DNA of 35,710 bases from Thermodesulfovibrionales bacterium (lineage in GTDB: Bacteria > Nitrospirota > Thermodesulfovibrionia > Thermodesulfovibrionales > UBA6898). Below are positions 28,822 through 35,710 of the stretch, piece after piece (the first letter of the stretch is position 1; every line of letters starts with the position of its first letter). The translations under genes and the position numbers were made by a program. The stretch is from positions 1 to 35,710 of the forward strand of contig JBIOIY010000032.1 of assembly GCA_044450345.1 (NCBI GenBank). Direction: 5' to 3'. The notes below the pieces were generated by a model that did not search any database, had not been told where the DNA came from, and saw nothing but the letters and a program-made list of their open reading frames with translations.

Positions 28822-29180
28822 ATTCAATACCGTTCAGGGTAGGGTCGCGGGTCGTAGACGATGTGGCGCTCATCTATCCTCAAGGGTACCTCAACAACCT
28901 TGCCGGGGAGGGCCTCGTTGCTGAGTGCGGCAAATACACCCGGTCGGGGATCAAGAAGATCGTCGTAAATTTCAGGGAGACTGACCTTATTAATTCGATC
29001 GGCATATCCCTTCTGCTGCATATCATGGAAGAGTTGCAGACCTCCGGCGGCACGCTCTGCTTCACGGACATGAGCAAAGTCCAGCTCGGCATCTTCGATA
29101 TGCTCGGACTCACAAAATATTTTTGCTTTTTCCCGGACGAAAATGGTGCGTTGCAGTTCCTGAGCGCCGCGCGGGAATGA
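28818..29180 (+). CDS. STAS-domain anti-anti-sigma factor (RsbV/SpoIIAA-like)
   Basis: 120 aa; G.L...., IVVNF.ETDLINSIGISLL (conserved phospho-Ser position), IFDMLGL, F.DE..AL; 4-bp overlap with the previous gene. Confidence 0.88.
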   Translation: MNSIPFRVGSRVVDDVALIYPQGYLNNLAGEGLVAECGKYTRSGIKKIVVNFRETDLINSIGISLLLHIMEELQTSGGTLCFTDMSKVQLGIFDMLGLTKYFCFFPDENGALQFLSAARE

Positions 29181-29183
29181 ACG

Positions 29184-30380
29184 ATGGAACTTAAAAAGGC
29201 GCTCTTCAACATTTCTGCGCTTGCCGACCTCGGGGAAGAGATTACCTCTGAAAAAAACTTTCAGGATAAACTTCAGTCGCTGCTTTACGTCGTCATGGGG
29301 ACCTTTCTTGCCAGCAAGGGGGCTATCACGTGCCAGGAAAGGTCCGGAGAAAAAATTGCATTCGTCTCCCGGAAGGGGTTCGATAACCTGTCCCTCGACG
29401 ACATAGACCTCGGATTTGTCCGCGCTGCGGGAAAAAACGAGCCGTACCGTATCGAAAACGATCCTGCCCTAATGACGGCGGGGGTCGAAATAATTACTCC
29501 CCTCTGGGTAAGAAATGAATTCATCGGCACGATCATGCTCAACAGGAAATTCACCGCAGAGCCCTATACCCCGGGGGACTTCGAGATCCTCAGGGTCATC
29601 GCCCCACAGATCGCGATTACGCTAAACAACAGGGCGCTCTTCATGAACCTGACGGAGCAGTTGAACGATAACCGAAAACTCTACGAGGAGATGCGGAAGA
29701 TCTATCATGACACCTTGCAGGCATTTGCGGCCGCAATTGACGCAAAGGATGTCTATACGAGACATCACTCTCAGAGGGTCGCGAAGTATTCGGTGGCGAT
29801 CGCAAAGGAACTGGGATGGAATGAACACGACATCGAGGGCATCTACGTCGCGGGGTTCCTGCACGACGTGGGGAAACTGGTCATCAGCAATGAAATCCTG
29901 AACAAAAAAACGCCTTTTACGCAGAAAGAAATGGAGGAGATGAGGAAGCATTCACTCTTGTCATACAAAATCATTTCCCATATTAAGTTCCCCTGGAAGG
30001 ACGTGGAAAAGATCGTGAAGCACCACCATGAAAGACCGGACGGCACAGGCTATCCCGATGCCCTGTCACGGGGCGACCTCAGCGAGGGGGCAAAGATCCT
30101 CGCGCTTGCCGATTCTTTCGATGCGATGACCTCCAAGAGGGCTTATCGCGACAAGATGGACCTCAGGGCGGCCCTTGCCGAACTGAGCAGATGCCTCAAC
30201 AAACAGTTCGATGACCGGATCATGCTTGCCTTCTGCAGGGTCCTCGACAAAGAGATCAGGGGCGAACTTCCGGAACCCCATATCCTGCCGCACCTGGACA
30301 AGGATTCAGACCTCTCCGTTATCTCGGCGCTTCTTGAAGGCATCATCAACGAGCTTTCCGGGGACGGCGGAGAAGTCTGA
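29184..30380 (+). CDS. GAF-like + HD-GYP cyclic-dinucleotide phosphodiesterase
   Basis: GAF-like PLWVRNEFIGTI...IAPQIAITLNN; KDVYTRHHSQRV, LHDVGK, HHHERPDGTGYP, ADSFDAMTSKRAYR. Confidence 0.92.
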   Translation: MELKKALFNISALADLGEEITSEKNFQDKLQSLLYVVMGTFLASKGAITCQERSGEKIAFVSRKGFDNLSLDDIDLGFVRAAGKNEPYRIENDPALMTAGVEIITPLWVRNEFIGTIMLNRKFTAEPYTPGDFEILRVIAPQIAITLNNRALFMNLTEQLNDNRKLYEEMRKIYHDTLQAFAAAIDAKDVYTRHHSQRVAKYSVAIAKELGWNEHDIEGIYVAGFLHDVGKLVISNEILNKKTPFTQKEMEEMRKHSLLSYKIISHIKFPWKDVEKIVKHHHERPDGTGYPDALSRGDLSEGAKILALADSFDAMTSKRAYRDKMDLRAALAELSRCLNKQFDDRIMLAFCRVLDKEIRGELPEPHILPHLDKDSDLSVISALLEGIINELSGDGGEV

Positions 30381-30415
30381 AAAGTCCGCATCCCTTCTCG
30401 GTCCGGTCATCTCGT

Positions 30416-30445
30416 TTGATTCTCTGAAAAGCGACCCTTTATAAT
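30416..30445 (+). promoter_or_regulatory. Sigma70 promoter for tsaD, leaderless arrangement
   Basis: TTGATT-18 nt-TATAAT-5 nt-ATG (30451), no SD. Confidence 0.6.
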
Positions 30446-30450
30446 AATCG

Positions 30451-31467
30451 ATGCATATTCTTGGAATAGACACTTCCTGTGACGATACATCCGCATCCGT
30501 CGTCGAAGACGGGACGAAGATAATCTCGAATATCATATCGAGTCAGTCCGAAATCCACGCAAAATACGGCGGCATAGTCCCCGAACTCGCGTCGAGGAGA
30601 CATATCGAGATGATCCAGCCGGTAGTCGACGAGGCCCTTAAAGTAGCCGGAGTATCACTGCCGGATATAGCTGCGGTGGCAGTATGCTGCGGCCCGGGCC
30701 TTATAGGGTCCCTGCTCATAGGATGCTCCTTTGCCAAGGCGCTTTGCTATTCTAAAAATATCCCCCTTGTCGCGGTGAACCATCTTGAGGGGCACATCCT
30801 TTCTGCGTTACTGGACCTTCCGGCCCCGGCGTTTCCCTTTCTCTCTCTTGTCGTTTCCGGAGGGCATACGAGCCTTTACCTCGCCCAAGAAGTCGGCAGG
30901 TACAGTGAACTCGGGAGAACGCGTGACGACGCCGCGGGGGAGGCATACGACAAGGTCTCAAAACTGCTCGGCCTTGGCTATCCGGGCGGTCCCGTCATCG
31001 ACAGACTTGCGCAGCAAGGTGACCCGCGGGCCATAGACTTTCCGAGGGCCTATCTGCCTGAGACCCTCGATTTCAGTTTCAGCGGGATGAAGACCGCGGT
31101 GCTTAACTTTCTGCGGTCGCGGACTGCACCGGAAAAGGAATCCGCTGCTGAAAACACAAAACGTATCCTTAACATCGCGGCATCCTTTCAGGCGGCGGTT
31201 ATGGACGTCCTCGTCAGAAAGACAGAATGGGCTGTGAATAAAACCGTGGTCAGTCGCGTCACCCTCTCGGGCGGCGTCGCCGCAAACAGCGAGTTAAGAA
31301 AGAGGATGAAGGAGATGGGTGAAGAAAGGGGCGTTACGGTGTTTGTCCCTCCGACTGTATTATGCACCGACAACGCCGCAATGATCGCTGCAGCCGGGTA
31401 TCATCGCTTCATAAAAGGAGACTTCGCAAGCCTCGACCTGAACCCCAGGGCCTATCTCGCTCTTTAG
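30451..31467 (+). CDS. tsaD: tRNA N6-adenosine threonylcarbamoyltransferase
   Basis: ILGIDTSCDDT, GGIVPELASRRH, VNHLEGH, VSGGHT, DDAAGEAYDK, CTDNAAMIA. Confidence 0.97.
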   Translation: MHILGIDTSCDDTSASVVEDGTKIISNIISSQSEIHAKYGGIVPELASRRHIEMIQPVVDEALKVAGVSLPDIAAVAVCCGPGLIGSLLIGCSFAKALCYSKNIPLVAVNHLEGHILSALLDLPAPAFPFLSLVVSGGHTSLYLAQEVGRYSELGRTRDDAAGEAYDKVSKLLGLGYPGGPVIDRLAQQGDPRAIDFPRAYLPETLDFSFSGMKTAVLNFLRSRTAPEKESAAENTKRILNIAASFQAAVMDVLVRKTEWAVNKTVVSRVTLSGGVAANSELRKRMKEMGEERGVTVFVPPTVLCTDNAAMIAAAGYHRFIKGDFASLDLNPRAYLAL

Positions 31468-31548
31468 AAAAACAGAGAGATCTGCCCCTGCCTGACGGCC
31501 GCCGGGTCTCACACAGCCCAAGAGCCTTTCCATGAGAAAGGTGAGGGG

Positions 31549-32253
31549 TTAGCTTTCGTTCCCATCCTCTATCGCTGCGCAATATTCTACGAATGTAGCA
31601 AGCATTTCATTATCTTTCTGGGTTAAATCTAAGAACTCTATCCCTATGTTATATGGTTTTGGATCGCCATGTTCCGCAACTTGACATGAAGCAATTCTCC
31701 CCACAAACTTAATAGGATTATCGTCTTGAAGGGATAACTCCATGGGGACCCTGCTTTCGACTTCCAGAGCTTGCGCGGATTCAATCAGCATCCCTCCAAG
31801 GCTGATCTTTTTCACTTTATAACTTGCCGGATAATTCAAACTGGCCTTTTCCGGGTCAGTAATATGAAACCTGACATTAAGCCTGCTGCTTCCCATCACA
31901 TATACTTCCTCCTTCTTGTGCTCCTCAATAAAATCAAGAAGTTGGGTTATCTTTTCAGCAGAAATATTGGTAAATCGCAGGCCCGCCGTATAGATAGGAA
32001 CCATTTCTCCATGAGACCCTTCCTTGGCATCACTCAGTGAAGACCAGACAACGGCGCCTTTTAAGGAGATGACCTTATTCTTATCCTCTAATTTAAGTAC
32101 ATATTCAGTCCCAATATCAAGCCGTCGATTCGCCCTCAGCCTTATACCCCCAATACTAATGTCATCGACTTTGACTTCAGTCGCGGCTATCATCCGGCCA
32201 TGAATTTCCAGGACCTTCAGCGTAAATCTTTTGAATCTCCTTTTGTTCTGCAA
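31549..32253 (-). CDS. Tandem PilZ-domain protein
   Basis: Domain 1 has RRFKR and DISIGG; domain 2 has RLNVR and KISLGG; each ends with a G..F motif. Confidence 0.85.
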   Translation of the reverse strand: MQNKRRFKRFTLKVLEIHGRMIAATEVKVDDISIGGIRLRANRRLDIGTEYVLKLEDKNKVISLKGAVVWSSLSDAKEGSHGEMVPIYTAGLRFTNISAEKITQLLDFIEEHKKEEVYVMGSSRLNVRFHITDPEKASLNYPASYKVKKISLGGMLIESAQALEVESRVPMELSLQDDNPIKFVGRIASCQVAEHGDPKPYNIGIEFLDLTQKDNEMLATFVEYCAAIEDGNES

Positions 32254-32318
32254 GATATGACCCTTTTAATTGACGGCAATCAGTACGTACAATCATTGAA
32301 ATGCGAGCCCGCAATCTC

Positions 32319-32347
32319 TATATAGCACATCCTTCGGCGGGTGTCAA
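32319..32347 (-). promoter_or_regulatory. Sigma70 promoter for the PilZ gene
   Basis: Minus strand TTGACA-17 nt-TATATA with TG immediately upstream (TGC-TATATA). Confidence 0.6.
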
Positions 32348-32375
32348 ATTTTGAAGGTGAAAAAATGAAAAGCGA

Positions 32376-32401
32376 TGGCGGAGAAAGCGGGAGTCGAACC
32401 C
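32376..32401 (-). other. tRNA 3'-end fragment (att-like site), not a full tRNA
   Basis: Minus strand GGGTTCGACTCCCGCTTTCTCCGCCA is a T-loop, acceptor 3' strand, discriminator G and CCA (Ser-like). No matching 5' acceptor, D or anticodon arm upstream. Confidence 0.7.
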
Positions 32402-32446
32402 ATTCCGACCCGCATGAAATAAGGCTCGGCGGTGGGGTCACTAAGG

Positions 32447-32983
32447 TTATCTATCCCTGTCCTTGCCCCCTCCATCGCCCTGGAGCATCCTTTCTACCCA
32501 GGGGTTCAGTCTTATCTTGATAACTACCTTATCGTCTTTCAACCAGTAATCCGTTAAAAGCACGTCCTGAACGCCGTACGCCAAGGGTTCATAGAGAGGT
32601 CGTAACTCATATCCAAGGGTCTCGCCGTTAGGGCCGATGATCCCATACGTCTGGAAGTGCAGGAATGACGTATTGCAATTAACGAATTCCCCTGCCTCTT
32701 TAAGTGCCGCCTCTGCCTGCACTCCCTTCTTAATCTTAAATTTGAAATCCGGGGCATAAGGTTCGAAGACGTATTTGTCGTTCTCTTTATCGAGGAAGGC
32801 GATTGTCTCAAGATCGTTACCGAAATTGCAGCCGAACAAAATGACTCTGTAGGTTCCTTCGGCTTTGGAATACCCCGTCCCTTGTGTATTGAGACGGATT
32901 CCAGAAGTGCAGGAGACGACGACTAATGCAGCAAGCAGAAAAGCAGCAAGACAAACCATTTGCGTACTCTTTATTCTTTTCAT
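32447..32983 (-). CDS. Hypothetical lipoprotein
   Basis: SD GGAGG before ATG 32983; basic N-terminus, hydrophobic core and VVSC lipobox; 178 aa. Confidence 0.75.
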   Translation of the reverse strand: MKRIKSTQMVCLAAFLLAALVVVSCTSGIRLNTQGTGYSKAEGTYRVILFGCNFGNDLETIAFLDKENDKYVFEPYAPDFKFKIKKGVQAEAALKEAGEFVNCNTSFLHFQTYGIIGPNGETLGYELRPLYEPLAYGVQDVLLTDYWLKDDKVVIKIRLNPWVERMLQGDGGGKDRDR

Positions 32984-33659
32984 GTCAACCTCCTCCGTCG
33001 CTATCAAAGGAGAATACCTAACTTTATTTTATCCCCTCCAAGAAATCCTGTCTTATTGGAATTTCTAATGGGTGGATAAATACTTATCGCCACATAATAC
33101 TGCCTCTTTGCCCTGTTGCCTGCTTAGCGGTAAAGTGCTGGTATTCATGAAGTGTCTCTTCTATCCCATTCAAGACCCATCCTTCCTGTGCCGCAACCGA
33201 AAAATCGCCGATATAGACACACCTGTCCTTATATTGCATATGCCTGGGCATTACGACAAAGGAACCCCCAGTTTCAAAACCTGGATCTCTCACGTTTGAA
33301 GAACTTGGATCGGAAATAAACGGGTATCTATAACCGAAACTGTCGCGGATTTCAGGAAGCACATTTCCGTACGTAATTCCGGGCGAAAGAGACTCACCAC
33401 GACCTACCATCAGTGGCCAAACCCGGATCAGGTGGCCAACTAGTAAAACCCCATAAAAAATAAGGTCGGACAGAAATAAGTCGTCAAAGATTCGAAAAAA
33501 CGTATATATATACTCTCCGGAATAAACTTTAGCCTGAAGCGACCATAAGAAGGCCTATATAGCCGATTGCATATTCTCACAGCAGTGACTATCGTACAAA
33601 CGAGAGATGCTGAAACGTTGTCCCTGCGGGATAACAGTGGGGAAAGGAGGTCTCTTACC

Positions 33660-34916
33660 ATGAGAAAGATTAAGAAATTAGATAAGGCAGCTGACAAGAA
33701 TGCCATTCGTCCGTTTCATGTGAATGTTCCGGAAGCGGAACTTACCGAACTGCGCAGGCGCATAAACGCGACAAAGTGGCCTGAACGCGAAACGGTTACT
33801 GATGCGTCCCAAGGAGTACAGCTCGCGACGATGCAGGCACTGGCGCGCTATTGGGCGACAGAGTATGACTGGCGCAAAATCGAGGCAAAAATGAACGCCC
33901 TGCCGCAGTTCATCACCGAGATCGACGGGCTGGACATTCATTTCATTCACGTCCGTTCAAAACACGAAAATGCGTTGCCGCTGATCGTTACGCACGGATG
34001 GCCCGGCTCGATCACCGAACAGATGAAGATCATCGATCCGCTGACCAATCCCACCGCACACGGCGGAAATGCATCCGATGCGTTCAATGTCGTGATTCCG
34101 TCGATGCCGGGCTACGGGTTTTCCGGCAAGCCGGCCACCACTGGTTGGGACCCCGCCCACATCGCACGTGCCTGGGTGGTGCTGATGAAGCGACTGGGAT
34201 ACACGAAATTTGTGGCGCAGGGTGGCGATTGGGGTGCGATCATCACCGAGCTAATGGGCGTGCAGGCGCCACCGGAATTGCTGGGCATTCACACCAACAT
34301 GCCTAACGTGATTCCGCTCGACATCGACAAGCTGGCCTTTTCCGGCGCGCCGGCGCCGGCGAATCTCTCGGCCGACGAGAAGCTCGCTTACGAGCGGCTG
34401 AGCTTCGTCTATGCGAAGGGCATCGGCTACGGCTTCCAGATGGGGTTGAGACCGCAGACGCTGTACGGAATAGCGGATTCACCGGTCGGCCTGGCGGCCT
34501 ATTTTCTCGACCACGACGCGCGCAGCTACGAGCTGATCGCTCGTGTCTTTGCCGGAGGGAGCGAAGGCCTCACACGAGACGACGTCCTCGACAACATCAC
34601 GCTCACGTGGTTGACGAATACGGCGCTCTCAGGGGCCCGTCTCTATTGGGAGAACAAGTTCGCGTCGTTCTTCGCCGTCAAAGGCGTCGTGGTCCCGACG
34701 GCCGTGAGCGTCTTCCCTGACGAACTCTATCCAGCCCCGCGGAGCTGGGCAGAGCGGGCGTATCTCAAACTCATCCATTACAACAAGCTCGACAAAGGCG
34801 GGCACTTTGCGGCCTGGGAACAGCCGCAGCTCTTTTCAGAAGAGGTCCGCGCGGGCTTCAGATCACTGCGGTCAGGCGTGGCGAAGTCGGATGTGATCTT
34901 GGCCAAAGCTAGCTAA
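33660..34916 (+). CDS. Epoxide hydrolase (EHN domain + alpha/beta hydrolase)
   Basis: IRPFHV, DGLDIHFIH, HGWPGS, PSMPGYGFS, QGGDWG (nucleophile Asp), GGHFAAWEQP; SD AAGGAGG before ATG 33660. Confidence 0.95.
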   Translation: MRKIKKLDKAADKNAIRPFHVNVPEAELTELRRRINATKWPERETVTDASQGVQLATMQALARYWATEYDWRKIEAKMNALPQFITEIDGLDIHFIHVRSKHENALPLIVTHGWPGSITEQMKIIDPLTNPTAHGGNASDAFNVVIPSMPGYGFSGKPATTGWDPAHIARAWVVLMKRLGYTKFVAQGGDWGAIITELMGVQAPPELLGIHTNMPNVIPLDIDKLAFSGAPAPANLSADEKLAYERLSFVYAKGIGYGFQMGLRPQTLYGIADSPVGLAAYFLDHDARSYELIARVFAGGSEGLTRDDVLDNITLTWLTNTALSGARLYWENKFASFFAVKGVVVPTAVSVFPDELYPAPRSWAERAYLKLIHYNKLDKGGHFAAWEQPQLFSEEVRAGFRSLRSGVAKSDVILAKAS

Positions 34917-34930
34917 CTGTTTGTAAGGCA

Positions 34931-34966
34931 GCAGGAGAGCTTCGATGGTGGAGGCTCTCCTGTTTT
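34931..34966 (+). terminator. Probable intrinsic terminator after the epoxide hydrolase
   Basis: Stem GCAGGAGAGCTTC/GAGGCTCTCCTGT followed by a short T run. Confidence 0.6.
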
Positions 34967-35001
34967 GACTCCGAGGAAGATACTAGCGGCAGCATAGGAG
35001 G

Positions 35002-35295
35002 GCGGAGCTTCGCGTCTTCTATGCGCTGCATCGTCGATACCGTCCCGGCGACTACGAGACCTGGAAGTACATTGCGCCCGCCCAGAAGGCAGCTTGGTTG
35101 CACAAGGTGTTCGAATACGGCACGTGGGGTGGCGAGATCCGCCGCGAGTTCGAGCCTCACCCGGGCGAAATCGTGGCCCTCGAGCATTGGGGTTCCAGTG
35201 GTTTCGCCAACACGGATTTGGATTTGCAGCTCAAGAAACACGGCATCCATCAGCTCATCGTCATGGGACTCATAGCACACACGTGTCTGGAGGCA
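35002..35295 (+). pseudogene. Internal fragment of an isochorismatase-family cysteine hydrolase
   Basis: AELRVFYALHRRYRPGDYETWKYIAPAQKAAWLHKVFEYGTWGGE...EHWGSSGFANTDLDLQLKKHGIHQLIVMGLIAHTCLEA. In-frame stop at 34984-34986 upstream; lacks the N-terminal catalytic Asp region and the C-terminus. Confidence 0.85.
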
Positions 35296-35710
35296 GTGGA
35301 GGACACTCAGACCCGCCTTACGCGCCGTTCATTGGACATATATACTTCGCAGAGAATCTTATTTCCTGCGTAGTCTAGTTTCTGTCCGTTGACAATCGAA
35401 AGAAACAAAACACCAGATTATCGCTCGTTACAAGAGTCCGAAGAAAAGGTGATCCACCCTTTGCGAAAAGCGACTGCATTTTTCGGGACAAACTCTTCAA
35501 AAGTTGCGTCTTGCAATATATGTTTGTTCTCAGGTATTCAAAATTCCGGTTGACGCGGGACGCCCATTTAGAGGACACATCCTATAGTGCCTCCTGTCAA
35601 GATAAAAAAAGCAGCCAGAAAAATTGTTTAGAATCGACAATGCTTTCTTCCAAACCTTTCTGGCACAATACCTCCCTTCGTCCTTGCGGTCGATAGTATT
35701 TTGTTCTTGA

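Noticed and set aside
32376..32470. Complete tRNA gene
   Set aside because: Only the 3' 26 nt fit; no cloverleaf can be built, so it is reported as an att-like fragment.
33084..33410. 108-aa minus-strand ORF in the island
   Set aside because: No clear SD or motif; may be a gene remnant but cannot be supported.
35480..35600. Possible IS terminal repeat (TTGACGCGGGAC) and a GGACACATCC match to the transposase repeat
   Set aside because: No partner repeat or transposase in the window; 10-12 nt matches are expected by chance in 35 kb.
1..35710. CRISPR array or cas genes
   Set aside because: No regularly spaced 25-40 nt direct repeats with unique spacers; the only periodic repeat is the 102-bp coding TPR unit.

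Overview
Bacterial chromosomal segment. Gene content (CooC, rubredoxin, LolA, HD-GYP/PilZ) suggests an anaerobic diderm, possibly Nitrospirota- or Desulfobacterota-like; this is inference only. A housekeeping backbone (dapB, rubredoxin, scpB, LysM-NlpC/P60, aminotransferase, lemA-TPM-TPM, ygfA, cooC, argD-argF-rnj, uppP-ftsK-lolA, tsaD) is interrupted by accessory patches. These are a probable IS110 left end at the window start, a GT8/methyltransferase fusion, a LuxR-HTH/degenerate-GGDEF gene, a HUH (RAYT-like) transposase between perfect 21-bp inverted repeats, and a right-hand island after a tRNA 3'-end fragment carrying an epoxide hydrolase and an isochorismatase fragment. Three things stand out. 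(1) A three-gene module after lolA encodes a STAND-type ATPase fused to an RsbW-like anti-sigma kinase domain, a STAS protein and a GAF/HD-GYP phosphodiesterase, with no sigma factor or PP2C phosphatase beside it. (2) Two dispersed copies of an unnamed multi-stem element (8008-8147 + and 13153-13260 -) have stems that differ in sequence but still pair, while the junction sequences are conserved. (3) Several genes have leaderless promoter architecture. No CRISPR array, rRNA or complete tRNA was seen. All family calls come from motif recognition by eye, not database searches.
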